Shown: positions 1 through 9,396, counted from the first letter of the stretch. The stretch is 64,000 nt of DNA from an uncultured Pseudomonadales bacterium (GCA_964618725.1 CAZUBK010000001.1:196908-260907), one strand, 5' to 3'. Made by a program: numbers and translations. The notes: generated by a model not told the origin, from the letters alone.

Positions 1-745
1 GGGCACGTAGACCCCAATCTTCGTCAACTAATAGAGCATTGTAGGTCTGCCAGGTCTCACATGGACCAATCTTTTTTAGAGTCGACATCTTGATCATGAC
101 AAACATATTCCAAGGAGCATGACATTTGACTGGACTGATGGGAAAATCGAGCAGATCTATTACCTTCTTGCTGGTAGACCTCCCAAGAAAACCAGCCCAA
201 TGGAGTAGAGAGTCAATTATTGGGAGTCCTCTCCACCACTCATCGGAGAGTGTGTGAAACTGAAAGAGTTTTCTTTTCTCCCAACCTTTTTGTTCCAGGT
301 AATCCTTAAACCATCCTGGTCGAGTGGGAGGTCCATAATAATAGTCGGCATAAAGATAGTTAGATTCATCAAAATTAATCCAACCGACGGGTTCTTTCAA
401 AGTACCCAGTATTCTTTTTACCTTGGAGAAGAAATTGGGAGTAAGAAGTTTAATATCGTCATGAGCCTTGATGAAATAATCGCAGTCGGAAGAGAGCTTA
501 ATGGCCTTATTAATAAAGTCAGCCCAGTAGACAGTTGCCTCTGGCAAAAAAACAAAACGTTTGGGATATCGGCGACGCTTTTTTTGAAGATAGTCCTTGA
601 TGGTTTGTTTGATTTTGGGATCAGTGGAGATAACGAAACGATAAGAACACCTGCCAATGTTCTTCTCGATTGACTCGATGGTTGTTTTAACCAAAGAAAG
701 AGTTGAGGCGGGTGATCCGATGCGAATGGCAATGGCAAGATCCAT
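1..745 (-). CDS. Divergent GT-A/GT2-like glycosyltransferase, 3'-truncated by the window edge (not in ORF track)
   Basis: Manual translation from ATG 745 is open to position 1: MDLAIAIRIGSPAST...INKAIKLSSDCDYFIKAHDDIKLL...LVDEDWGLRA. HDD sits at the DxD position and DEDWGLR resembles the GT2 ED-x-x-x-R motif. Confidence 0.6.
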   Translation of the reverse strand, partial: MDLAIAIRIGSPASTLSLVKTTIESIEKNIGRCSYRFVISTDPKIKQTIKDYLQKKRRRYPKRFVFLPEATVYWADFINKAIKLSSDCDYFIKAHDDIKLLTPNFFSKVKRILGTLKEPVGWINFDESNYLYADYYYGPPTRPGWFKDYLEQKGWEKRKLFQFHTLSDEWWRGLPIIDSLLHWAGFLGRSTSKKVIDLLDFPISPVKCHAPWNMFVMIKMSTLKKIGPCETWQTYNALLVDEDWGLRA

Positions 746-756
746 GTATCTTCAGA

Positions 757-1626
757 TTAACCTTTTCGACGAAGTTTGGCTCTAATGGGGAGTTCGGAAT
801 CGAGAACTTGTTTTATTCCGTCTCCTCTTGCTTTTTCGAATCGGCGAATATCACGGATCATAATTTCAAAACCTTTTGGTTCTAGACTAGCTGCCTGATC
901 AGATCCCCAGAGGGAGCGATCCATGGTAATGTGTCGTTCGATAAGATTTGCACCCATCACGGCAGAGGCCACTGACAAGACGACACCTTTCTCGTGACCA
1001 CTGTAGCCGACAGGAATGTTAAACCGTTCCTTAAGGATATTGATGACAGCAAGATTTAGCTCTTCATCTTCGGATGGGTAGGTGGAGACACAGTGAAGAA
1101 GAATCAGTTGGTCGTCACCCAAGACATTAACTGCGTCGTCAACTTCACGCATAGTACTCATTCCGGTAGAGAGAATGATTGGTTTACCAGTTGATCGGAT
1201 ATAACGTAGAAGATTGTGGTCGGTTAGTGAGGCGGAGGCAATTTTGTAGGCCGGGACGTTGAATTCCTCTAAGAAATCAACACTCGCCTCATCCCAAGGT
1301 GAGGCGAACCAAACAATACCTTGTTCTTTAGCGAAACGGTCAATTTCACGGTACTGTTGCAGGCCTAACTCGAGACCGAGTTTGAGATCGCGATTAGTTG
1401 ACCCAAAGACGCTTTCACGTACTCGATTCAATTCTTCTTCTGTATAAACTACCTCGACAGTTCTTTTCTGGAATTTAACTGCATCAGCACCCGTATCAGT
1501 GGCCATCTTAATCAATTCTTTGGCCAGCTCGACGGAGCCATTATGATTAATGCCGATCTCGCCAATGATGTAACACGGGTTTCCATCACCAATCCTTTTT
1601 TCTCCAACCAAGACTTCTTTGCTCAT
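757..1626 (-). CDS. neuB: N-acetylneuraminate/nonulosonate synthase family (NeuB), short form lacking the C-terminal SAF domain
   Basis: EIGINHNG, DAVKFQKR, KIASA, LSTGMS, LLHCVSTYP, GYSGHE, IERHIT, GSDQAASLEP motifs; 289 aa. Confidence 0.92.
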   Translation of the reverse strand: MSKEVLVGEKRIGDGNPCYIIGEIGINHNGSVELAKELIKMATDTGADAVKFQKRTVEVVYTEEELNRVRESVFGSTNRDLKLGLELGLQQYREIDRFAKEQGIVWFASPWDEASVDFLEEFNVPAYKIASASLTDHNLLRYIRSTGKPIILSTGMSTMREVDDAVNVLGDDQLILLHCVSTYPSEDEELNLAVINILKERFNIPVGYSGHEKGVVLSVASAVMGANLIERHITMDRSLWGSDQAASLEPKGFEIMIRDIRRFEKARGDGIKQVLDSELPIRAKLRRKG

Positions 1627-1633
1627 GCGTCGT

Positions 1634-1662
1634 ATACTACTAGTTGAAAATTACAAAAGCAA
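1634..1662 (-). promoter_or_regulatory. Putative sigma70 promoter for a leaderless neuB transcript
   Basis: Minus strand TTGCTT-N17-TAGTAT-N7-ATG(1626); no Shine-Dalgarno. Confidence 0.55.
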
Positions 1663-1680
1663 GAAGATTCTTCACAACGC

Positions 1681-2253
1681 ATGATAGCGATAGAAAAACA
1701 AATAAGTGAGAGTATCAAAACTAAACTGCTGATTCTGGAAGATGCCGATTTTATTGGTCAAATCAAAAAAATAGCACAGACTCTGGCTAGAACAATACAG
1801 TCGGGGAACAAAATACTAGTGGTGGGAAATGGAGGAAGTGCTGCCGACGCACAACATTTTGCGGCAGAATTCGTTGGTCGTTTTATGCGGGAAAGAAAGG
1901 GTTACCCAGTGATTGCCTTAACCACTGACAGTTCATTTTTGACGGCCTGGGGAAATGATGTGAGTTTTGACACTGTTTTTTCGAGGCAAGTTCAAGCGTT
2001 GTCTCAAACAGGCGATGCCTTGGTGGGGATCTCTACAAGCGGACAATCACTTAACGTGGTCAATGCATTTAAAATAGCAAGAGAACAGGGTTTAGAAACT
2101 GTGGCTTTACTAGGAAAAGGAGGAGGAGTGATGAAAGACATCGTCGATGAAGCATTGATTGTTCCCTCTGACACGACACCGAGAATCCAGGAAGCTCATA
2201 TCATGATCATTCATCTCATTTGCGATCTGGTTGAGACTTCACTATCGTCTTGA
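1681..2253 (+). CDS. gmhA: D-sedoheptulose-7-phosphate isomerase (SIS domain)
   Basis: GNGGSAADAQHFAAE, ALTTDSS, GND, FSRQV, ISTSGQS, PRIQEAH motifs. Confidence 0.92.
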   Translation: MIAIEKQISESIKTKLLILEDADFIGQIKKIAQTLARTIQSGNKILVVGNGGSAADAQHFAAEFVGRFMRERKGYPVIALTTDSSFLTAWGNDVSFDTVFSRQVQALSQTGDALVGISTSGQSLNVVNAFKIAREQGLETVALLGKGGGVMKDIVDEALIVPSDTTPRIQEAHIMIIHLICDLVETSLSS

Positions 2254-3505
2254 TCGGCATGGCTTGACTGATCCAGTGAGTGTCGTAAAGGAGGATACCG
2301 GGTCGAGTGCCATTTCGTAACAGTGAACGCCGAGTGGCAGGATCGTGAAGATTGATCTCGATATTAGAGTATTCATCAAAAGTCATGCCATCGGGGATAC
2401 CGAGAGTGACCCTAAAATAGTAGGTACCCTGATTAAGGGAAAAGTCATGTGGCGGGAAAAAAGAGAAAGTGGTTTGGTAAATACCGGGACGGCGTTTAGC
2501 GAGAAGTCGTGGATTATTGTCGGTATCAGAAGAAAAAAAGATGTAGTTTTCCCTTTGATCAGTAAGTGAGATGCCGATGTGCGCTCCAATGATTGGAGTC
2601 TTGATCTCGTACTCGATATGAACCTTGATTGGTTCAAAGATATCAAAGTGAGATGAGGGCTCATTTTTAGTATTGGTAACTTCAATGGAACGAAGCTGCT
2701 GCTTAATGTCTGGGTGACTCTTAAAAGTGTATTTAATTTGCTGAAGGTCGGTTTTGTGATGTAAGTAGAGTTTGACTATTTCAGAAGTCGGACCGATGGC
2801 TTTAACAATACCTTTGTCGATGTATAAGGAGCGTTGACAAAGATTTTGAATTGCCCCTAGATTGTGACTAATGAATAAAACTGTTCGTCCTTCTTGGGTT
2901 GTAACCTGACTGATTTTCCCAAGACACTTCTTTTGGAATGCGGCATCACCGACGGCGAGGACTTCATCAATTAAGAGAATCTCGGGCTCGAGGTGGGCTG
3001 CGACAGCAAAAGCCAACCGCATGTACATACCTGAGGAATAATGTTTAACGGGAGTATCGAGAAAAGTCTCAATTCCAGAGAAGTCAACTATTTCGTCAAA
3101 TTTGCTTTTGATTTCTCGGCGAGTCATACCCAGAATAGCGCCATTTAAAAATATGTTCTCTCTGCCTGTGAGTTCTTGGTGGAAACCAGTACCGACTTCA
3201 AGAAGACTAGCTAGCCGACCACGGAGAGTGATATTACCTCGAGTGGGAGGGGTAATACGACTGAGAACTTTGAGAATAGTACTTTTACCCGCTCCATTAC
3301 CGCCGATGATACCCAGAGCCTCACCTTGATTGACATCAAAGGTCACATTCTTAAGAGCCCAGAACTCACTTTCTTTCAGTGAAGTAGTTTGCTTACTAAA
3401 AAGTCTGGGTAATTTGACCAGAGTGTCACGCAGGGAGAGATATTTAGTCTGTTGGCCTTTCTTATACTTTTTATAGAGACCGCAAACTTCAATTATGGGT
3501 TTCAT
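2216..3505 (-). CDS. wzt: Polysaccharide ABC exporter ATP-binding subunit with C-terminal Wzt_C-like domain
   Basis: Walker A GGNGAGKST, YSSGMYMRLAFAVA signature, LIDEVLAVGD; about 180 aa C-terminal extension. Confidence 0.92.
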   Translation of the reverse strand: MKPIIEVCGLYKKYKKGQQTKYLSLRDTLVKLPRLFSKQTTSLKESEFWALKNVTFDVNQGEALGIIGGNGAGKSTILKVLSRITPPTRGNITLRGRLASLLEVGTGFHQELTGRENIFLNGAILGMTRREIKSKFDEIVDFSGIETFLDTPVKHYSSGMYMRLAFAVAAHLEPEILLIDEVLAVGDAAFQKKCLGKISQVTTQEGRTVLFISHNLGAIQNLCQRSLYIDKGIVKAIGPTSEIVKLYLHHKTDLQQIKYTFKSHPDIKQQLRSIEVTNTKNEPSSHFDIFEPIKVHIEYEIKTPIIGAHIGISLTDQRENYIFFSSDTDNNPRLLAKRRPGIYQTTFSFFPPHDFSLNQGTYYFRVTLGIPDGMTFDEYSNIEINLHDPATRRSLLRNGTRPGILLYDTHWISQAMPIKTIVKSQPDRK

Positions 3506-4320
3506 ACAAGGTCAGCAAAATATTTTTCTGTGTGCTTGAAGTAAGATAGGCCGACAAAGAAACAAAATAGAGAAACGAGTAAGGCTATGGTCAGTGATGC
3601 CGGTTGGAAGTGGCCGATCTGAGTCAAGATAATTCGCGAGGACTCGATTACACCCGTAAGAGGATTGAGGCTAAGAAAGAGCTTACCCAATGGTCTAACT
3701 ATATCGGTTGGATAAATAACGGGAGTGAGAAAAATGAGAATCTGAATAAAGAAAGGTAAAACGTAACGGACGTCGCGATATTTAACATTGAGTGAAGCCA
3801 ATAGCAAACCTAGACCGCAAGCCGTGGTGGCTACAATAAGTAGACTTAGGGGCACAAGGAGGATAGACCATATACTTGGTATATATCCATTTATCAAGGT
3901 AAAGGCTAGAAGAAGGACAAAGTTGATAAGGAAGTCGACAGTGCTGGTAAGCACAGAGGAAATAGGAAGAATAACTTTAGGAAAGTAGGCTTTTTTGATT
4001 ATGTTTTCATTCTCGATGAGAGAGTTACTGGCTGAAGTTAGTGCCGAAGAAAAGAAATTCCAATAGACGAGCCCAAAGAAGACAAATAGAGAATAAGGTA
4101 AGTCGCCGGACGAGATTCTGGCGATATTGCCAAAAAAGATAGTAAAGATTACTGTAGTTAAAACAGGCTGGAGGACAGCCCATACGACGCCGAGAAAGGT
4201 TTGTTTGTAGCGGACTTTTAGGTTACGCCAAACAAAGATAAGAAAGAGGTCACGAAACTGCCACAACTCGGTAAGATCGAAGAAAAGTTGCTGTTTTGGT
4301 TTGATGATAGTAACTTGCAT
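3502..4320 (-). CDS. wzm: Polysaccharide ABC exporter permease
   Basis: RNLKVRYKQTFLGVVWAVLQP, YFPK, KYRDV, TPVIYP, LNPLT; overlaps wzt start. Confidence 0.92.
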   Translation of the reverse strand: MQVTIIKPKQQLFFDLTELWQFRDLFLIFVWRNLKVRYKQTFLGVVWAVLQPVLTTVIFTIFFGNIARISSGDLPYSLFVFFGLVYWNFFSSALTSASNSLIENENIIKKAYFPKVILPISSVLTSTVDFLINFVLLLAFTLINGYIPSIWSILLVPLSLLIVATTACGLGLLLASLNVKYRDVRYVLPFFIQILIFLTPVIYPTDIVRPLGKLFLSLNPLTGVIESSRIILTQIGHFQPASLTIALLVSLFCFFVGLSYFKHTEKYFADLV

Positions 4321-4325
4321 CGTAG

Positions 4326-5402
4326 CTATTTTATACTCTTGAGTCGTTGATTAACAAATCTCTTGAAATCAGGAAAACTTTTGGGGAGGAAAATATGCTC
4401 GGTGGAAATGAGGCGCAGTTTAGTAACTAAATCTGGATCACGGGCGACGAGAGGATACAAACCAATGTTGGCGTAGAATGAATCTTGATCCTGTGGGTAC
4501 ATCAGCGTTGTACTAATGATGCCTATATTGAATTCTAGTTTAGGATGAAGCAGAAGTTCGGCTGGAAGCACATTTAGTTTCGGGTCGGCCAGTTTTTCTA
4601 GATCCTCAGAAAGTGAGACTATTACTCTTGGGTGTTTCTTGAAAATGATTTGACCTTCTTTCGGGTACTTAATTTTCAAGAAATTAACAACCTTGGTTAA
4701 GTATAGATTGCGTTTCTTGGGATCAATGTAGCGATTGTCAGAATCTCCGTCGACAAGAATCAAAACTTTGTGACTGGTGATAGAGCGGCCAAAAAACCTT
4801 CTTTTTATGATGTTGTATTTCCTGTAATTGACTTGTGGAGTAAGGGACTCGATATGATATAAGTTGAAAAATTGGTTCGATAGTGTGGCCGCAGATGTAC
4901 GATCGCGGAGAACAACTTTTACTCCATCAAGACCATAGACAGTTCTCAGCAATAGGGTTTCCCAAGGACGGTGGGGTAGCTGATTGGAAGAAGGAGAGAC
5001 ACTATAAAAGTAGATTTGATTTTGCCGGGAAAGTTTTTGTATTATCTTAAACCCTGTTTCCCAAAAGATCTGGCTGAAGAAATAAATATTTGCATGTTTG
5101 ATCTGAGAGAAGTGTTTTTGGAAAAAATGCTCGAACTTGCGTCGATGATACAAAACAGTCAGAGGTGAGGGTGAAACAACAGGAGAGTTGAGATATGGGA
5201 GAAAAAGTACCTTGACCTTTTGATAAATAGGAAATTGTTTCACTAGTTCAAACAAGGATGATTCACTGATCACTAATGTCACTGAAGAAAAGGGTATTGG
5301 TCGAGTAGAGAGAATTTCCAGGACTTGGTTGAGGCTGGTGTAATTGGCGCAGAAGAAATAATGTTTATCCTTTTTGGACACTGGCTTATGGGAAGTACAC
5401 AA
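4326..5402 (-). CDS. Putative sialyl/nonulosonyl-transferase (GT38/GT52/GT80-like GT-B fold); start codon uncertain
   Basis: C-terminal FKKHPR ... LPAELL ... IGIISTTL resembles the HP, P-x-E and S(S/T) motifs of bacterial CMP-sialic acid transferases; lies between neuB and neuA. Confidence 0.55.
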   Translation of the reverse strand: MCTSHKPVSKKDKHYFFCANYTSLNQVLEILSTRPIPFSSVTLVISESSLFELVKQFPIYQKVKVLFLPYLNSPVVSPSPLTVLYHRRKFEHFFQKHFSQIKHANIYFFSQIFWETGFKIIQKLSRQNQIYFYSVSPSSNQLPHRPWETLLLRTVYGLDGVKVVLRDRTSAATLSNQFFNLYHIESLTPQVNYRKYNIIKRRFFGRSITSHKVLILVDGDSDNRYIDPKKRNLYLTKVVNFLKIKYPKEGQIIFKKHPRVIVSLSEDLEKLADPKLNVLPAELLLHPKLEFNIGIISTTLMYPQDQDSFYANIGLYPLVARDPDLVTKLRLISTEHIFLPKSFPDFKRFVNQRLKSIK

Positions 5403-5406
5403 AAAC

Positions 5407-5435
5407 TTGTGAAACGTAATCTTATTACCTAGAAT
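5407..5435 (+). promoter_or_regulatory. Putative sigma70 promoter for a leaderless SDR operon
   Basis: TTGTGA-N17-TAGAAT-N7-GTG(5443). Confidence 0.55.
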
Positions 5436-5442
5436 ACAACCT

Positions 5443-6240
5443 GTGAGAAGAAAAGAGAAGAGTAAAAAGACAGTTTTTGAACTTGCCTCATTGAAAGGGA
5501 AAACAGCAGTCGTGACTGGAGGGGGGGGACATCTAGGGTATCAAATGAGTCTGTGTCTCTTGGAACTGGGGGCTGAAGTGATAGTAATAGGACAAACGGC
5601 AGAGAAGATCAAGGGATTAGTAAGGCTGTTTGGAAAAAAGATAAGCTTCTTGCAAATAGATCTGAACGACAGGGAAGCAATTACGTCACTTAAGAAAAGG
5701 TTGCCAAAGTCCTTGGATATACTGATAAACAACGCCTATACTTGGCCAAAGAATGTTCATCTGGAATCTCTTGATTGGGACGACGTCGTCAAGACTTTTG
5801 TTACCGGTTCTATCTCGCCGCTTTTTTTGTCGAAAATCGCATTTGAGAAAATGAAGAAAGGAGGATCGATCATTAATGTTGCCTCAATGTATGGAGTGGT
5901 TTCTCCAGATTTTAGGATATATCGAGACAGTGGAATGGGGAATGCCGCCCATTATGGAGCAACTAAGGCGGCACTTATTCAGATGACAAAATACTTAGCA
6001 GTAAAGGGTGGGCCATTGAATATTCGGGTAAATGCGATAAGTCCGGGACCTTTTTCCCGACCAGGTTCGTTTGATAATGGTAAGGAGTGGTTTCATGAAG
6101 AATTAATAAACAAGGTTCCTTTAGGACGGATTGGTGAGAATTGGGAACTGAAGGGGGTAATTGCCTTGTTGTCCAGTGATCTTGGGACTTACATAACAGG
6201 TCAAAACATATCAGTTGATGGTGGCTGGACCATTTGGTAA
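5443..6240 (+). CDS. SDR family oxidoreductase (PtmA-like)
   Basis: TGGGGHLG, LINNA, NVASMYG, YGATK, RVNAISPG, VDGGWT. Confidence 0.88.
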   Translation: MRRKEKSKKTVFELASLKGKTAVVTGGGGHLGYQMSLCLLELGAEVIVIGQTAEKIKGLVRLFGKKISFLQIDLNDREAITSLKKRLPKSLDILINNAYTWPKNVHLESLDWDDVVKTFVTGSISPLFLSKIAFEKMKKGGSIINVASMYGVVSPDFRIYRDSGMGNAAHYGATKAALIQMTKYLAVKGGPLNIRVNAISPGPFSRPGSFDNGKEWFHEELINKVPLGRIGENWELKGVIALLSSDLGTYITGQNISVDGGWTIW

Positions 6241-6245
6241 ACAGG

Positions 6246-7091
6246 ATGAGTAAGAAGATAACAATTGGTATATTTCAAGGCAGACTAACACCTTCTAAAG
6301 GAAGAGGGATTCAGTTTTTTCCTTTTGAAGAATGGAGAGAAGAGTTTCCAATGATGAATAAGCTAGGACTAGATGAAGTTGAATTTATATTTGATATGGA
6401 GAGACTTGAGGAGAATCCCCTATGGATGTCGGGAGGGACTAAGGAGATTGCGAAGTTGGCCAGAGAGAATCAGATTGAGATAAAACATATTTGCGCAGAT
6501 TATTTTATGAGAAAACCGTTTCACAAATTGAAACCAGAGGAAAGAAAAATAAACGTGCAATTACTTAAGGCCTTGTTATACCAAGCCAAGGAAGTGGGAG
6601 CGGAGGACATTGAGATTCCGTTACTCGATAACTCAAGCATGAAAACTGAGGAAGACAAAAAGATATTTGCTGATGCGCTTCTTGAGGGTCTTGAGGAAGC
6701 AAAACATTTAGAAATGAATATTAGCTTGGAAGCAGACCTGCCGCCGGAGGAGTTTCAAAGATTCCTATCGAATATGGCCTCCCCCAACTTGAAAGTAACG
6801 TATGATAGTGGGAATAGTAGTGCGCTAGGTTATGATGCCAAGGAAGAACTGGAGGTATTGGGGAAGTACTTAAGTAATTTTCATCTGAAGGATCGTGTTA
6901 AAGGGAACGGAACTGTACCACTAGGAACCGGGGATGCGAATTTTGATGAGGTATTCTTGGGATTGAAAAAGGCGAACTATCGTGGCAGTATAACGCTACA
7001 AGTAGCGCGGGGTGAGGAGGGAAGGGAAGAAATGACGACAGCAGAACATATTGTCTTCCTTAATCAATATTTAGAGAAATATCAGCTTTAA
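6246..7091 (+). CDS. Sugar-phosphate isomerase/epimerase, xylose-isomerase-like TIM barrel (hexulose-phosphate 3-epimerase-like)
   Basis: GIFQGRL start, SLEAD, YDSGNS, FHLKDR, VPLGTGD metal-binding motifs; ATG 6246 preferred over the track start. Confidence 0.8.
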   Translation: MSKKITIGIFQGRLTPSKGRGIQFFPFEEWREEFPMMNKLGLDEVEFIFDMERLEENPLWMSGGTKEIAKLARENQIEIKHICADYFMRKPFHKLKPEERKINVQLLKALLYQAKEVGAEDIEIPLLDNSSMKTEEDKKIFADALLEGLEEAKHLEMNISLEADLPPEEFQRFLSNMASPNLKVTYDSGNSSALGYDAKEELEVLGKYLSNFHLKDRVKGNGTVPLGTGDANFDEVFLGLKKANYRGSITLQVARGEEGREEMTTAEHIVFLNQYLEKYQL

Positions 7092-7093
7092 AG

Positions 7094-7927
7094 ATGAAAC
7101 GAGAGACATTGGGATTGTTTAGCTTGAAAGGGAGAAAAGCGATTATTACCGGAGGGGCTGGCTTTTTGGGCCCTCGTCACGCAGAAGCGCTTTTGGATGC
7201 AGGTGCTGAGGTGGTTCTGGTTGATATCAACAAAGATAGATTAAAGGAAACTACTGACCGACTAAGATCTAAATATGGGAAAGGGGTCTATGGATATCGA
7301 TGTGATATCACTAGTGAGAAGAAAGTGATGGCCTTTTTTGAGAAAGTGACTAAGAAACATGGCTTTTTTGATATTCTGATTAATAATGCGGCAAATAATC
7401 CTATTGTAACTTCTGAGGGATTAAAGAATTTGACTCGATTCGAAAACTTCCCCGTTAGTACTTGGAATGAAGACTTCGCAGTTGGAGTGACAGGGGCTTT
7501 TCTTTTGTCGCGCTTCTTCGGTCAGGAAATGGCTAAGAATAAAAGGGGTGTGATTCTTAATATAGCCTCAGAGTTGAGCACTACGGCGCCAAATCAGAGT
7601 TTATACAGAAAGAAGGGGGTATCGGAGGACAAACAACCAGTTAAACCGGTTTCTTATTCTGTCGTCAAACATGGAATAGTCGGTTTGAGCAAATACTTAT
7701 CTACATACTGGGCAGATAGGAAGGTCCGAGTTAATTCAGTATCTTTTGGTGGGGTATACAACAATCAACCGCCCGGATTTTTGAGGAGAATAAACAAACT
7801 GATACCAATGGGGCGGATGGCAAAAGATGGTGAGTATAAAGGGATAGTACTTTTCCTTTGTAGTGACGCCTCATCATATATGACGGGAGAGAATGTTGTA
7901 ATAGATGGTGGGCGAACGACCTGGTAG
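7094..7927 (+). CDS. SDR family oxidoreductase
   Basis: TGGAGFLG, INNAA, NIAS, YSVVK, RVNS, IDGGRT. Confidence 0.88.
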   Translation: MKRETLGLFSLKGRKAIITGGAGFLGPRHAEALLDAGAEVVLVDINKDRLKETTDRLRSKYGKGVYGYRCDITSEKKVMAFFEKVTKKHGFFDILINNAANNPIVTSEGLKNLTRFENFPVSTWNEDFAVGVTGAFLLSRFFGQEMAKNKRGVILNIASELSTTAPNQSLYRKKGVSEDKQPVKPVSYSVVKHGIVGLSKYLSTYWADRKVRVNSVSFGGVYNNQPPGFLRRINKLIPMGRMAKDGEYKGIVLFLCSDASSYMTGENVVIDGGRTTW

Positions 7928-7933
7928 AGAATC

Positions 7934-8737
7934 CTATTCTTTCTTTTTAGCTTTCCTCCAGATCTGATAGATTTCGTCTTTAACAATTCGCTGAAAGCCT
8001 AGTTTATTGAGAATGATTTCACTGTTTCTGATTTCTTTCTTGGTCAGCATATCTTGAAAGGGGTGGAACTCAATAAAAAGAGTTTTGAAGTGTTCCAGAT
8101 CTGTTTGGAACTCTTCGATGAACTTTTTCTCGGCGCCTTCGATATCCATAATAAGAGTGTCGAATTTGAGTTTGTATTTCTTTTCAAGCTGCTGAATAGT
8201 AGTAGTGGGTATGGAGACCGACTGATCGGTCTGGCGGATCTGGCTACCTCCGACAATCAGTTGATGGATGAAAAAGCGAACTTTTTTATCTTTGCTGACG
8301 ACTTTGTTTTCGATATTGAAACCGAGATTGTTTCTGTTTTTATTTATCATGAGATAGGGAATCAAATAAGGGTTAGCTTCGGCAACTACATATCTTCGCT
8401 TATCAGTGAGAAGACTATTAGCGAGACAGGTAACCACACCAATACAACCGCCTAATTCTAGAACACTGCTGTTTGGATTAAGCAGTTTAGAGATGTACTT
8501 AATCTCGCGTTCTTCATATGTTCGCCAAAGAAAACGGCCGCGAAAAGTTTTATTGGTTAACTCGTAGGGAATAGTAAAACGCAAGTTGGCGAGTCGGTAG
8601 TCTCTGAAGAAAATGTCAAAAAGAATCCCTCCAATGAAGCGCTTGATATCGCGATATGCGTAATGAAGGTACTCTCCAGGGGTCAGGGTGGGAGTGAAGT
8701 TAATTGATTTAAGAAGTAGTTTTATTAGCTTATTCAT
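7934..8737 (-). CDS. FkbM family methyltransferase
   Basis: VLELGGCIG, AEANP, LIMDIEGAE, IEFH. Confidence 0.82.
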   Translation of the reverse strand: MNKLIKLLLKSINFTPTLTPGEYLHYAYRDIKRFIGGILFDIFFRDYRLANLRFTIPYELTNKTFRGRFLWRTYEEREIKYISKLLNPNSSVLELGGCIGVVTCLANSLLTDKRRYVVAEANPYLIPYLMINKNRNNLGFNIENKVVSKDKKVRFFIHQLIVGGSQIRQTDQSVSIPTTTIQQLEKKYKLKFDTLIMDIEGAEKKFIEEFQTDLEHFKTLFIEFHPFQDMLTKKEIRNSEIILNKLGFQRIVKDEIYQIWRKAKKKE

Positions 8738-9396
8738 TTATCTGTTTTTTTTTGAAAAAGATGTTCGGCTACAATCCAATCCTCTAGTTCATCTATCTCT
8801 ACTGAAGATTGTGGATCCATTGTGTAGATCCCAATTCTACCACCGAGACGGTTCTGATACTTTTCTAGAATTTGACGTTTGGTTAAGTAGAAGGCTCCAT
8901 TCTCCATAAGCCAGCCTTCGAACTCTTGCCTCCGAGGACGATTATATGGATCGTAGTTAACCGGTTCGTTGTTAGTGTTCCAAAAGAAACGTTTCCAGGA
9001 GACAGCAGAAAGAAGAGAATCATATTTCCTTTGTTTGAATAGTTTTATGGCTTCGTCTAGATCGAGAGAGGTGGTAAAGGGTGAAGTGGCTTGCAGGGTA
9101 ACAAGAATATCAAAATCAAGGTTTTGCATGAAATGGAGCATGACTGATTCGGTACTGGCTGTATCGGTGGCCAGTTCAGCTGGTCTATCGATAACCTTTG
9201 TACCAAGAGAAAGACAGATATCCTTGATTTGGGGGTGATCGGTGGAAACCCAAACTTCATCAATCAGCGAGCAATCTTGAGCTGCTTTAATGGTCCAGTA
9301 ACAAAGAGGGTGACCGGCGAATGGCTTGATATTTTTTAGGGGGATGGACTTTGAACCACCGCGAAGGGGGATTAGAGCGATAATAGACTTTTTCAT
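8734..9396 (-). CDS. neuA: Acylneuraminate cytidylyltransferase (CMP-nonulosonate synthetase)
   Basis: IPLRGGSKSIPLKNI, VSTD, RPAELATD, LQATSP, RPRRQ, ENGAFY, EIDELED. Confidence 0.92.
   Translation of the reverse strand: MKKSIIALIPLRGGSKSIPLKNIKPFAGHPLCYWTIKAAQDCSLIDEVWVSTDHPQIKDICLSLGTKVIDRPAELATDTASTESVMLHFMQNLDFDILVTLQATSPFTTSLDLDEAIKLFKQRKYDSLLSAVSWKRFFWNTNNEPVNYDPYNRPRRQEFEGWLMENGAFYLTKRQILEKYQNRLGGRIGIYTMDPQSSVEIDELEDWIVAEHLFQKKTDK

Noticed and set aside
254-885. Track ORFs 254..673 (+), 418..738 (-) and 703..885 (+)
   Set aside because: Shadows of the minus-strand frame starting at 745 and of neuB; no motifs.
5521-5528. G8 tract in the SDR gene (also G8 at 60215-60222, several G7 and T9 runs) as phase-variation switches
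   Set aside because: All are in frame and encode Gly, Pro or Lys runs; the count is not clearly above chance for 64 kb. Read-level length variation would be needed.
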